From positions 838 to 64,837 of the forward strand of contig JASHOS010000198.1 in the NCBI GenBank assembly GCA_030040995.1: a stretch of 64,000 nt of DNA. Reading direction: 5' to 3'. Source of the DNA: Terriglobia bacterium (GTDB lineage: Bacteria > Acidobacteriota > Terriglobia > UBA7540). Of the stretch, positions 19,303-28,449 are shown one piece after another. A program made the translations under genes and the position numbers. Within the stretch, counting starts at the first letter, position 1, and each line of letters begins with the position of its first letter. Below the pieces are notes generated by a model. That model made no database searches. It was not told where the DNA came from and saw nothing but the letters and a program-made list of their open reading frames with translations.

Positions 19303-20475
19303 ATGGATATCGACGCAATTCAGGGGAATCTCCGGCAGGCGGGCCTCGATGGATGGCTTTTTTACGACCACCACCACCGCGACCCGATCGCCTATCGTAT
19401 TCTGCAGATCGCACCGGCGCTGTGTTCGCGGCGTTGGTACTACCTCGTCCCCGCTTCGGGCGAACCGGAGAAGTTGGTGCATCGGATCGAGCGCGGGAGT
19501 CTTTCCCGATTGCCGGGCCGCGAGCGCGTTTATGCATCATGGCGCGAGCAGCGCGAAGGGTTGCGGGCGGTCCTCGCCGGCAAAACAAAGGTAGCGATGC
19601 AATACTCGCCTTTGAACGAAATCCCCTATATCGGCTTGGTGGATGCGGGCACGGTCGAGTTAGTGCGCGCCTTTGGCGTGGAAGTGGTTTCGTCCGCTGA
19701 TCTTGTCCAGGTGTTCGAAGCGCGGTGGCCGCCCCGGGCGCTGGACTTGCACCTGGAGGCAGGCAGAGCTGTTCATCGGATCGTTCGCCAGGCGTTTGGC
19801 ATGATTCGCGATGCCGTGCTCGACGGCAAGACGCTAAGCGAATACGACCTTCAGCAGGAGATCCTTCAGCTTTATGGCGAGTACGGACTCGAAGCCACAG
19901 AACCGCCCATCGTGGCGGTAAACACCCATAGCGGCGACCCGCACTACGTTCCGGAACCACAGGGCTCGTCCTCCATACGCTCGGGCGATCTCGTCCTGCT
20001 GGATATCTGGGCCAAGCGGCGCGCTCCGGGCGCCGTCTATTTCGACATCACGTGGACGGGATTTGTGGGAAAGGAAATTCCGGACGCTTATGCCAAGCTT
20101 TTCGACGTGGTACGAGAGGCGCGTGATACGGGAGTGGATCGAGTGCAAGCCGCGAAGCGGTCCGGCAGCCCCATCCACGGTTACGAAGTCGATGATGCGG
20201 TGCGCGCCGTTGTTGCGCGCCACGGCTACGCTGACCTTTTCGTTCACCGGACAGGCCATTCGATTGGCCAAGAAGTGCACGGCAACGGCGCGAACATGGA
20301 TAATTTCGAGACACACGACGCGCGCGCCCTGATCGCGGGCACGTGTTTTTCGATCGAGCCGGGCATTTACCGCAATGACTTCGGCGTCCGAAGCGAGGTG
20401 GATGTTTACGTTGAGGAGCGGGACGCGCGGGTAACAGGGGAAATCCAGCAAGCCATTGTTCCCATCCTTGTCTGA
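19303..20475 (+). CDS. M24-family metallopeptidase (Xaa-Pro aminopeptidase-like)
   Basis: 390 aa. Creatinase-like N-domain plus pita-bread fold metal ligands (DIW..., HRTGHSIG, FSIEPG). Confidence 0.85.
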   Translation: MDIDAIQGNLRQAGLDGWLFYDHHHRDPIAYRILQIAPALCSRRWYYLVPASGEPEKLVHRIERGSLSRLPGRERVYASWREQREGLRAVLAGKTKVAMQYSPLNEIPYIGLVDAGTVELVRAFGVEVVSSADLVQVFEARWPPRALDLHLEAGRAVHRIVRQAFGMIRDAVLDGKTLSEYDLQQEILQLYGEYGLEATEPPIVAVNTHSGDPHYVPEPQGSSSIRSGDLVLLDIWAKRRAPGAVYFDITWTGFVGKEIPDAYAKLFDVVREARDTGVDRVQAAKRSGSPIHGYEVDDAVRAVVARHGYADLFVHRTGHSIGQEVHGNGANMDNFETHDARALIAGTCFSIEPGIYRNDFGVRSEVDVYVEERDARVTGEIQQAIVPILV

Positions 20476-20486
20476 CTCGAAAAGAA

Positions 20487-20603
20487 CCCCTGCCCTCGCC
20501 CCCTTGGGGGAGAGGGCGGCGCGCAGCGCCGGGTGAGGGAGTCCCGGCCGAGATCTTCGGAGCACGGCACGACTTCAGTCGTGCCGGAAAGGCCCTCACC
20601 CAT
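20487..20603. repeat. Composite GC-hairpin repeat, family C
   Basis: CCCTCGCCCCCTTGGGGGAGAGGG hairpin, then gggtgaggg and the GGCACGACttcaGTCGTGCC hairpin. Confidence 0.7.
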
Positions 20604-20636
20604 CGCTTCACGGTCTCCTCTCTCCCGCGCCTGGAC

Positions 20637-21719
20637 CTACAGAATCAACATGCAATCGCCATAGCTATAAAACCGGTAATGCTTCTCGATTGCGTGCCGG
20701 TAAGCCCGAAAGAGAAATTCAAGGCCGGCGAAAGCGGCGGCCAGCATCAGCGGCGTAGAGCGCGGGAGATGAAAATTCGTGAGCAAGCCGTTAATCACCC
20801 GGAATGGAAATCCGGGCGTGATAAACAAGCCGGTTTCCCCGGCCTCGGAAACGATGGTTTGGTTCACGCGCGCCACATGCTCTAACGTCCGGGTACACGT
20901 TGTACCTGTTGCGATCACCCGGCGGTCTTGGCGCAGAGCCTGGCGGATGGTCGCAGCGGCGGAAGGAGAAACCTCGTACCTTTCGGCATCCATTTTGTGG
21001 TCCTCAACGCAGGAGCTCTTGACCGGCCGGAAAGTTCCGGGACCCACGTGTAGCGTGATTTCGCAGACTTCAATTCCGCGGACGCGAAGCTCGTCAAGGA
21101 GCCTGGGAGTGAAGTGGAGGCCGGCGGTTGGTGCCGCTATAGCGCCGGTGGCCTTGGCATATACGGTCTGGTAACTCTCGCGGTCGGAGGCGTCGTCAGG
21201 GCGGCTCAGATAAGGCGGTAAGGGGATATGGCCCAATTCGTTCAGCTTTTCTTCCACGCTTGCTTCGCGGGCCCGGAGGCGTACGCGGCGCATGCCTTGC
21301 GACGTCCGGCCTAGAACTTCCGCTTCAAGCTCGTCGTTGCCGAACGTCAGCACTTCTCCCGTCCGGACCTTCCGCCCGGGGCGGACCATAGCGTTCCAGA
21401 CACCGCCGCCCTCTTCCTGTGAAAGCAACATCTCGATTTCCGATTTTAGAAATTGGCCGATCCGTGGATTATTTTTCCCAAGCCTTTGCGACCGAATCCC
21501 CCGCCGCCGTCCGAGCAAGCGGGCGGGAAACACCTTGGTATTATTGAGCACCAGGAGATCACCCGCATCAAGGATTTGAGGCAGATCGCGGAAAGTGCGA
21601 TCCTGGAGGGTCTGTGCTTTTCGGTCGAGCACCAACATCCTTGATGCATCGCGTTCGCCGAGCGGCCTCTGCGCGATCAATTCCGCGGGTAATGGGTAAT
21701 CAAAGTCGGACAAAAGCAT
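20637..21719 (-). CDS. queA: S-adenosylmethionine:tRNA ribosyltransferase-isomerase
   Basis: 360 aa. MLLSDFDYPLPAELIAQRPL...ASRMLVLDR and further QueA-typical blocks. Confidence 0.95.
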   Translation of the reverse strand: MLLSDFDYPLPAELIAQRPLGERDASRMLVLDRKAQTLQDRTFRDLPQILDAGDLLVLNNTKVFPARLLGRRRGIRSQRLGKNNPRIGQFLKSEIEMLLSQEEGGGVWNAMVRPGRKVRTGEVLTFGNDELEAEVLGRTSQGMRRVRLRAREASVEEKLNELGHIPLPPYLSRPDDASDRESYQTVYAKATGAIAAPTAGLHFTPRLLDELRVRGIEVCEITLHVGPGTFRPVKSSCVEDHKMDAERYEVSPSAAATIRQALRQDRRVIATGTTCTRTLEHVARVNQTIVSEAGETGLFITPGFPFRVINGLLTNFHLPRSTPLMLAAAFAGLEFLFRAYRHAIEKHYRFYSYGDCMLIL

Positions 21720-21765
21720 CGTTCAAGATTCTACCAACGTTGAAGGCTCGGGACCCGGGAATCGA

Positions 21766-21896
21766 ATTTGTAGCGCAGCGCGGCCTTGCGGCTGCAACCA
21801 AACCGAATGAAAATCCTGCCCTCACCCCCCTTGGGGGAGAGGGTGGCTCGCGACCGGCGTTTTCTCCAGCCGGCGCGAGTCGGGTGAGGGGGTACC
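21766..21896. repeat. Composite GC-hairpin repeat, family C, with tGTAGCGCAG head
   Basis: ttGTAGCGCAGcgcggccttgcggctgcaa...CCCTCACCCCCCTTGGGGGAGAGGG...cgggtgaggggg. Confidence 0.7.
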
Positions 21897-22053
21897 CGAA
21901 AACCTCGTCAAAAAACATGGTTTTACGGTATTGCAGCGCAGCGTTCGCTGTATAACGCTGCGGCTTTTCCCTGGTTACCGGCCCAAAACCGCAGGGTCAA
22001 AGTACGGACTCTGCGCTTCAAACCCGGCGAGTTTCTGCAGAGCGCAACGAAGC

Positions 22054-23217
22054 ATGTCTTCTGATATCACGATTTCGCATCGCGCGGTCGCGCGGGTTCT
22101 TTCCGGCCATCCCTGGATTTACCGCAGCGACATCGAGCCGCCTGAAAACCTGGACGGGGGAGCAGTGGTGCGCGTGGTGGACCGGAAGAAGCGGTTCTTG
22201 GGTCAAGCGCTTTACAGCAGCAGTTCTCAGATTGCATTGCGGTTGCTCACCAGGGAAGAGCGTCCATTCGACCGGTTGTTTCTGGCGCAACGAATCTCGC
22301 AAGCCGCCGATTATAGGGCGCAGGTGGCCGGCGGGGCGCAGGCATACCGCCTGGTTTCGGCTGAAGGCGATGGGTTGCCCTCCCTCATCATTGACCGCTA
22401 CGGCGAATATTTCGTCATCCAGACGCTGAGCCAGGGAATGGAGCGCCTGGCGCCGGACGTAGTCGATATCTTAAAAGAAAATTTCGCTCCCCGCGCCATT
22501 GTGGAGCGTAACGACGTAGCCGTTCGTGCCCTGGAAGGATTGCCGGAAAGGAAAGGCGTGCTGGCCGGACAGGACGTCGCGGAAGTCCTGATTGAGGAGA
22601 ACGGAGTCCAGTTCGCCTTCGATCTCCTTCAGGGACAGAAGACGGGCGGATTTCTCGATCAGCGTGAGAACCGGGCTGCAGCCTGCCAATACGCCCGAGG
22701 CTATGCTCTCGATTGCTTCTGCTATACGGGAGGGTTCGCCTTAACTCTTGCCAGCCGTTGTGATGCCGTCGTCGGCGTAGACAGCTCGGCGGAGGCGCTC
22801 GCCCGGGCCCAGCACAATCAGCGTCTGAACGGCTTGGCTAATGTGGAGTGGCGGGAAGCCAACTGCTTTGATTTTTTGAAGGCCGCAGACCACGATGGAC
22901 GCCGGTTTGACACCGTGATCCTGGACCCTCCGGCGTTCGCCCACCATAAATCAAGCCGGGAATCCGCCTTGCGAGCCTATAAGGAGTTGAACCTGCGCGC
23001 GCTGAAAATGCTCGCGCGCGGCGGGTTTCTCATCACCTGTTCGTGCTCGTTTCACGTGAGCGAGGCCGATTTCCTTCAAGTGATTGCCGAAGCCTCGATC
23101 GATGCGCACCGCACCGTTTCCGTGATCGAGCGCCGCGCGCAATCACGCGATCACCCCATTCTGCTCACCGTCCCCGAGACCCACTACTTAAAATGCCTGA
23201 TTCTTCGGGTTATGTGA
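22054..23217 (+). CDS. Class I SAM-dependent rRNA (cytosine-C5) methyltransferase, RlmI-like (PUA plus MTase)
   Basis: ATG at 22054 inside track ORF 21931..23217. GHPWIYRSDI N-terminus and VILDPPAF SAM-MTase motif. Confidence 0.85.
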   Translation: MSSDITISHRAVARVLSGHPWIYRSDIEPPENLDGGAVVRVVDRKKRFLGQALYSSSSQIALRLLTREERPFDRLFLAQRISQAADYRAQVAGGAQAYRLVSAEGDGLPSLIIDRYGEYFVIQTLSQGMERLAPDVVDILKENFAPRAIVERNDVAVRALEGLPERKGVLAGQDVAEVLIEENGVQFAFDLLQGQKTGGFLDQRENRAAACQYARGYALDCFCYTGGFALTLASRCDAVVGVDSSAEALARAQHNQRLNGLANVEWREANCFDFLKAADHDGRRFDTVILDPPAFAHHKSSRESALRAYKELNLRALKMLARGGFLITCSCSFHVSEADFLQVIAEASIDAHRTVSVIERRAQSRDHPILLTVPETHYLKCLILRVM

Positions 23218-23305
23218 CCGGACTTCGCACGCGATCAAGAGAATTTCGCACGATGATGTCGTGGCTGGGTATTATTCTGCAGACTTCCTGATGTCCATGG
23301 GCAGC

Positions 23306-23677
23306 TTAGCTGAGACGAATTCGAAAACAGCGAACGCCGAGGAACGAGCTCCTTCTGCCGCAGACTTGCTCGGCCAAAAAAGTCTCATCGTAACGAAGCT
23401 CAACTGCGTAAGGCGTTAATGCCGCAACGACTGGCAGGAGTGAGCGAAACGCCGGGTCAACGCCGGCGCAAAGCTCAACGAGCTTCGTCAGGTTGTGAGT
23501 GTGAGGAAACTCAACGCGGCTGAGCGCCAAGTATGCTTTCAAGCACTTCTCAGCGGCCTGCTGGGTATGAAAGCAGGCTGCGTCCAAGGCGCCGGCCGCC
23601 AGAACCGCTTCCATCGCGACGCGATTCTGGTTCGCTTTGCGCAGGAGGCCACGGCTAAGCTCCGCGGGGTCTTTCAT
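23306..23677 (-). CDS. HEPN-domain toxin of a HEPN/MNT pair; the C-terminal tail appears frameshifted
   Basis: Starts MKDPAELSRGLL.... QQAAEKCLKAYL and the R-x4-H motif (RVEFPH) are present. After a T6 run (plus-strand A6 at 23376..23381) the tail reads FLAEQVCGRRSSF.... The adjacent frame reads the family-like FWPSKSAAEGARSSAFAVFEFV. Confidence 0.8.
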   Translation of the reverse strand: MKDPAELSRGLLRKANQNRVAMEAVLAAGALDAACFHTQQAAEKCLKAYLALSRVEFPHTHNLTKLVELCAGVDPAFRSLLPVVAALTPYAVELRYDETFLAEQVCGRRSSFLGVRCFRIRLS

Positions 23678-23978
23678 AGATCGTTCTTCCCTCGCGCACG
23701 GCGGTGGTAACGAACGCCTGAGGAACTTGGCTCCACTCTTCGATTTCCTCGGGCGTATAAACCATGATCTCCACTTCGGCGGGCAGGTCAGCCAGGGCAA
23801 CGTAGAGGGGAACAGAGCGGCGATAACGCGGCTCGCTGGATTCTTTGATCACGAGTACGTCGAAATCGCTGTTCGGGCGGGCATCGCCGCGCGCGCGGCT
23901 CCCGAATAGGATAATTTTCTCCGGGTGAGCGGTTTCAACGATGCGAACAATAATATCTTCAATCAAGTCGCGTTTCAT
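23655..23978 (-). CDS. Minimal nucleotidyltransferase (MNT) antitoxin
   Basis: MKRDLIEDIIVRIVETAHPEKIILFGSRARGDARPNSDFDVLV. GS-x10-DxD motif. Overlaps the HEPN start by 23 nt. Confidence 0.85.
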   Translation of the reverse strand: MKRDLIEDIIVRIVETAHPEKIILFGSRARGDARPNSDFDVLVIKESSEPRYRRSVPLYVALADLPAEVEIMVYTPEEIEEWSQVPQAFVTTAVREGRTIYERPRGA

Positions 23979-24105
23979 GAGGATAGCAGGTCTTCCGACT
24001 CGAGATGGCTCCTGAATGGCACAGTATACAGCGCAATCTGTCGGCTCGATGGGCACGTTTGACACCAACACAGACAAGGCCGTATCTTAAACCTTCGTGA
24101 AAACC

Positions 24106-24327
24106 ATGATTTCCTCCAAGGGTCAGATTGTCTTGCCAGCAGAATTCCGGCAAGTGGACCAAATCGAACCCGGACAGGAGTTTGACGTCGAGCGTCTTGA
24201 TCGTGGAGACTATCGCCTCGTTCGGCGCACCGCTCCGCGGAACGAGGGCGCTATAGAATGGCTGCTCGCTTGTCCGCACAAGGATTTTGTTCTTCATGTC
24301 GAATCTGAATCAACCGACACGCTGTGA
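24106..24327 (+). CDS. AbrB/SpoVT-type (VapB-like) antitoxin
   Basis: MISSKGQIVLPAEFRQ...; its stop overlaps the GTG of the vapC remnant. Confidence 0.8.
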   Translation: MISSKGQIVLPAEFRQVDQIEPGQEFDVERLDRGDYRLVRRTAPRNEGAIEWLLACPHKDFVLHVESESTDTL

Positions 24328-24462
24328 AGTATCTGGTTAACGCTAACGTAGCGAACCGGCGAAGACGTCGCCGCAATTGTCCACGGCCTGACGGTCGCTA
24401 CGCGAAACTACGTCGATTTCACAAAGGCCGGTGTGCACGCTGTCGATCCCTTCATCACTTGA
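24324..24462 (+). pseudogene. vapC (PIN-domain toxin) remnant with a large internal deletion and frame change
   Basis: Frame 1 gives the N-terminus VKYLVNANV. From about 24361 another frame gives the PIN C-terminus DVAAIVHGLTVATRNYVDFTKAGVHAVDPFIT*. About 85 central codons are missing. Confidence 0.65.
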
Positions 24463-24542
24463 AGCCTCTCGGGCATTTTCTGCAAATGCAAATTCTACCC
24501 GGACGAGGTATCCTAATCTCGAAAATACCGGACGGAGGCAAC

Positions 24543-25157
24543 ATGGAGCTTACTATTCCCATTCCGGAGGGCCAGGAAACGGTTCGCTTTCCGGCGGGCG
24601 CATTGGACTGGAGCGAGGAGGAATTCTTTCAGTTCTGCCAAGCCAACCGGGGGCTTCGCATCGAGCGTTCGGCGAAGGGAGAGATCATCGTGATGTCGCC
24701 CGCAGGAGGGTACTCGAGTTTTGAGAGCGGAGAAGTCTTCGGGCAGCTACGGACCTGGGCAATCAAGGACGGAAGCGGCGTGGCGTTCGACTCGAGCGCA
24801 GGGTTTCGCCTTCCCACTGGCGCCATGCGCTCACCGGACGCGGCGTGGGTGCGGCTTTCGCGGCTCCAAAAATTGAGCCGTCGGGAAAAGGAGCAGTTTA
24901 TCCCTTTATGCCCTGATTTCGTGATTGAGGTCGCGTCGCCGAGCGATGAACTGCCGGAGCTGCGGGCGAAGCTGCGGGAGTACTTAAGGTCCGGCTTGCT
25001 TCTGGGATGGCTCATTCTGCCTGCGTCAAGGCAAGTCGAAATTTACAGCCCGGTGACGGAGGTGCAGGTTCTCGCCTCGCCGGAGGCGGTGGCAGGCGAG
25101 TCGGTTCTTCCCGGATTTCGACTCGATCTTGCCCTCATTTGGAATCCGCCGTTTTGA
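24543..25157 (+). CDS. Uma2-family (DUF820) putative endonuclease
   Basis: ATG at 24543 inside track ORF 24324..25157. EEFFQFCQAN..RIERSAKGEIIVMSP...SPDAAWV...PDFVIEVASPSD...WLI. Confidence 0.85.
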   Translation: MELTIPIPEGQETVRFPAGALDWSEEEFFQFCQANRGLRIERSAKGEIIVMSPAGGYSSFESGEVFGQLRTWAIKDGSGVAFDSSAGFRLPTGAMRSPDAAWVRLSRLQKLSRREKEQFIPLCPDFVIEVASPSDELPELRAKLREYLRSGLLLGWLILPASRQVEIYSPVTEVQVLASPEAVAGESVLPGFRLDLALIWNPPF

Positions 25158-25184
25158 GCAAGGAATCACGGTTTGGAGTAACCG

Positions 25185-25406
25185 GTGGGAGAAATCACCC
25201 AGGATCTTCGCAGCGGAGTGCGAATGCTGGCGCGGCACCCGAGCTCTACCGCCCTGATCACAGGACTCCTTGCCCTCGGCATTGGCGCCTGTACCGTCGT
25301 TTTCATCCTCTTTGACGCAGTGTTCCTGCGCTCGCTGCCGGTGCGCCAGCCTCGATCGGGAGGAAAACTGACACTCACCGAGCTGCTGTGTGAGGAACGA
25401 AAATGA
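25185..25406 (+). pseudogene. 5-prime fragment of an ADOP-type (MacB_PCD/FtsX) ABC permease gene
   Basis: EITQDLRSGVRMLARHPSSTALITGLLALGIGACTVVFILFDAVFLRSLPVRQP aligns by eye with residues about 83-140 of the intact paralog 55151..57850. An in-frame stop lies just upstream and the rest of the gene is absent. Confidence 0.65.
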
Positions 25407-26305
25407 GGAACCATCCGTCTCGCCGTGAATTTCTGAAAACGTCTATGGGCGCGGCCAGCCTTGCCGGCACGAGCCGGGTTGCTGATGCCGCTCTCCGCGG
25501 CGGGGCCGGCGCTCCTCTAGCGATCCGCAAAGGCGTGCTGGTCAGCATGCTTCCTCCGCGCCTCAGTTATCTCGACCGGTTCAAGATCGCGCGCGAGGCG
25601 GGCTTCGAAGCGCTCCAGGTAGATACCACTCCCGACCTGCACGAAGCGGAAGCAATTAGAGAAGCTGCTGAAAAGACGGGCCTGCGCATTGATTCCGTGA
25701 TGAACATGGCGCATTGGAAATATCCGCTTTCTTCGAGTGATCCCGCCGTGGTGGAGAAGAGCCTTGCGGGAATGCGAACTTCCCTCCACAACGCCAAACT
25801 CTGGGGAGCGCTCTCGGTTCTCCTAGTGCCAGCCGTGGTGAACGAGCAGACCAGCTACCGCCAAGCCTGGTTGCGCTCCCAGCGGCAGATTCGGAAGCTG
25901 ATCCCGCTCGCTGAGGAACTGAGAGTGACCATCGCTCTCGAAGAGGTGTGGAACAAATTCCTGTTGAGTCCTCTGGAATTCGCCACCTATGTCGATCAGT
26001 TCAAAAGTCCCTGGGTAAAGGTGTGGTTTGACGTCGGTAATGTGGTCCTCTACGGCTATCCACAAGATTGGATTCGCACCCTTGGACCGCGCGTCGCAGA
26101 TGTACACTTGAAAGACTTTAAGCAAACAGGCAACTGCTACGAATGGGTGAATATTGGCGAGGGGGACGTGGACTGGCCGGCCGTTCGCGCGGCGTTTGCC
26201 GAAATTGGCTACCATGGAACGGCCATTACCGAGCTCAAGGGCGGCGACGCGGCATATCTGAAGGATGTTGCTAATCGGGTGGATAGGTACGCGCTCGGCG
26301 CCTGA
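25403..26305 (+). CDS. TAT-exported sugar phosphate isomerase/epimerase (xylose isomerase-like TIM barrel)
   Basis: 300 aa. MRNHPSRREFLKTSMGAASLAG twin-arginine signal. HWKYPLS and HLKDF motifs. Confidence 0.85.
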   Translation: MRNHPSRREFLKTSMGAASLAGTSRVADAALRGGAGAPLAIRKGVLVSMLPPRLSYLDRFKIAREAGFEALQVDTTPDLHEAEAIREAAEKTGLRIDSVMNMAHWKYPLSSSDPAVVEKSLAGMRTSLHNAKLWGALSVLLVPAVVNEQTSYRQAWLRSQRQIRKLIPLAEELRVTIALEEVWNKFLLSPLEFATYVDQFKSPWVKVWFDVGNVVLYGYPQDWIRTLGPRVADVHLKDFKQTGNCYEWVNIGEGDVDWPAVRAAFAEIGYHGTAITELKGGDAAYLKDVANRVDRYALGA

Positions 26306-26336
26306 CCCGCCCCGATCAATTACTCTCTTCCAAACG

Positions 26337-26415
26337 CAGTAGGGGTAGGGCTTGCCCTACCCTCGTTGGTTCCCGGTGCGGTGAGGGGTGGTAAGCCATC
26401 CCCCTCCATCGATTT
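26337..26415. repeat. REP-like element, family D
   Basis: GTAGGGGTAGGGCttGCCCTACCC hairpin with GTAG head, then a second G/C hairpin. Second copy at 58518..58600. Confidence 0.6.
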
Positions 26416-26439
26416 GCAGTCAACCGGCGCGCCGCGGCG

Positions 26440-27744
26440 TCATGACCTCTTGAGGCTAGCGATTTCCGGGCGCTTCCCGCCTGTCCGCACCGTCATTCCG
26501 TCGGAGGGAACTGCGTCGATCATGAAGCGCGGTGGTTTGAGCAGCGGAATTTCGAATTGCTTTTGTAAAATGATCGATCCCACTCCCAAAGCCACCGCTT
26601 CGCTGCCCAGCCTGCCGAAGCGGATCTTTAAGTCTTCCGTGGCGTGCCGCAGCGCCTGCCGGCTGACAACGCGCCGGATTTGTTCCAGGGTGCCGCTCCC
26701 GGCCAGTTCTAGCCTCTGATCGAGGACGAGCACCGACGGATTGAACAGATTCACCAGGTTGGCTAGTCCAAGCCCAAGAAACATCTCAACATGTTCTAGA
26801 AGCAGCGCGCTGGTTTTGTCACCGTCCCTGGCAGCTTCAAGGATCATCCATCCGGTGATCTTTTCCGGGTCGCCGCCGGCGCGCGCCACCACTTCCGAGC
26901 CGCTCCCTTCCGCGACCGCCTTCCGCATGCGCGCCGCGAGTGCCCCCGCTCCCGCCAACGCTTCGAGGCACCCAAAACTTCCGCATCGGCAAGCCGGGCC
27001 GCCTTCCGTCATGTGGGTGTGTCCAAATTCGCCAGCGGCAAAGCCTGATCCATGCAAAAGCTTTCCTCCAATAATCACTCCTGCCCCGATGCCCGTTCGC
27101 CCGTATTCCACAAAGATCATGTCCTCGGCCATCTCCCCCGCGCCAAGAAGTCTTTCTCCCACCGTTTTGGCGCGAGTCAAATTCTCAAGCACGACCGGGA
27201 CGCCGAATTCCTCCTCGAAGAGGTGTTGAAGAGGCACATCTTTAAGAAAGTCCACTGTGGACGACATGAGAAACATGCCGCGACGGCTATCGATGAGACC
27301 TGAACCCGCCAGTCCGATTCCGGCCAGGCGGCCCGGTGGCACTCCCGCCTGCTCGACCGCCTTTCGCGTACAGGCCATGAGCTGGCTCACTAATCCCTCG
27401 GTCCCTTCGTTAAGTTTTGTGCGCTCTTGTAACTCCGACTTGATCGTGGGACGGAGATTCATGGTTGAGGCGAGCACGTTTTCATCGTCAAATCCCACAC
27501 CAATAACAAAACGCTGATCTTCATTAAGGGCCAGCAGAATCTGTTTGCGGCCCATGGGGTTCCGCGCTCGCCCCGCTTCCACAAGCCTGCCTTCTTCCAG
27601 AAGCTCCCGCGTGAGCCGCGAGATTTCACTTTGTTGTAAATTTGTGAACTCATGAATCTCTGAACGCGAAACAGAGCCAAACTGGCGCACAACAGCTTCT
27701 ACCACCAACTTGTCGTGCTGGCTCTTGCTTGTTACGTGCTTCAT
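26440..27744 (-). CDS. ROK-family transcriptional regulator (NagC/XylR-like)
   Basis: 434 aa. N-terminal wHTH plus ROK sugar-kinase-like domain with the Zn motif CRCGSFGCLE. Confidence 0.9.
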   Translation of the reverse strand: MKHVTSKSQHDKLVVEAVVRQFGSVSRSEIHEFTNLQQSEISRLTRELLEEGRLVEAGRARNPMGRKQILLALNEDQRFVIGVGFDDENVLASTMNLRPTIKSELQERTKLNEGTEGLVSQLMACTRKAVEQAGVPPGRLAGIGLAGSGLIDSRRGMFLMSSTVDFLKDVPLQHLFEEEFGVPVVLENLTRAKTVGERLLGAGEMAEDMIFVEYGRTGIGAGVIIGGKLLHGSGFAAGEFGHTHMTEGGPACRCGSFGCLEALAGAGALAARMRKAVAEGSGSEVVARAGGDPEKITGWMILEAARDGDKTSALLLEHVEMFLGLGLANLVNLFNPSVLVLDQRLELAGSGTLEQIRRVVSRQALRHATEDLKIRFGRLGSEAVALGVGSIILQKQFEIPLLKPPRFMIDAVPSDGMTVRTGGKRPEIASLKRS

Positions 27745-27780
27745 CTAGAGGTGCCATCGCCCTCGGCGTGAGCTTTCAGA

Positions 27781-27965
27781 CGTCATGTCGCTTCGCGACA
27801 CCCGCGAAGCATGAAAGGAGCCCCTGCCCTCACCCCCTTGGGGGAGAGGGCGGTCCCGCCCAGCGGGACCGGGCCTGCGCCCACCGAAGGTCGCTTACGC
27901 TCCAGAGCTTCCGCGACGGAGCGGCTCCTGCCCGCAGGCGGGTGAGGGGATCCGGGCCGAAATTT
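27781..27965. repeat. Composite GC-hairpin repeat, family C (long subfamily)
   Basis: catgtcgcttcgcgacacccgcgaagcatg palindrome, CCCTCACCCCCTTGGGGGAGAGGG, and ...gcgggtgagggga. Inverted counterpart at 52745..52945. Confidence 0.7.
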
Positions 27966-28163
27966 TCGAAACAGAGCAAACAGACCGAGGGCCGCTCGGG
28001 CACACCGGACGAAAGTACGCGCGCTCAAGGCATGCCCGCCCTGGTAGGCCTTACTTTAATGCAGTTTATAATAAAATTCAACCTTTGATATAAAAGGCTC
28101 GAAGCTTGAAAACAAAACTCATTTCTCCCTCTCTTGGTGTCTCTGTAGTGAGATGTGCAATTT

Positions 28164-28189
28164 ATTCACACGTTCTCAGAATTGTGAAT
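28164..28189. promoter_or_regulatory. Operator-like palindrome ATTCACA-N12-TGTGAAT in the ROK/TonB-receptor divergent intergenic region
   Basis: Perfect 7-bp inverted arms seen directly. The binding protein is unknown. Confidence 0.3.
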
Positions 28190-28202
28190 TTGCTGCGCCG
28201 AG

Positions 28203-28341
28203 CTGTCATGCAGAGCCCTTCGCTCGTCATTCTGAGCGAAGCAAGAATCCCCGTATTTCGCTCAGGGTAATTTCCGCTAAAGATCACAGGATCGTGTTTT
28301 CAAGCAAATACGAGGATGCTTCGCTCCACTCTGCATGACAG
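28203..28341. mobile_element. Small palindromic MITE-like element (CTGTCATGCAGAG termini; SERSEES-type core)
   Basis: ctgtcatgcagag...cattctgagcgaagcaagaatc...ctctgcatgacag. 13-bp perfect terminal inverted repeats. Confidence 0.55.
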
Positions 28342-28419
28342 ATCCGAATGATTAGCACCTTCTGGTGCCTTTCAATAGACGCCAATATTTATACTAGTTG
28401 TAAAATCATAAAAAAGTTC

Positions 28420-28449
28420 TTGACACGTCGTACAAAATGCTGATATTAA
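28420..28449 (+). promoter_or_regulatory. Candidate sigma-70 promoter for the TonB receptor gene
   Basis: TTGACA (28420..28425), 18 nt spacer, TATTAA (28444..28449), in an AT-rich tract about 165 nt upstream of ATG 28613. Confidence 0.3.
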
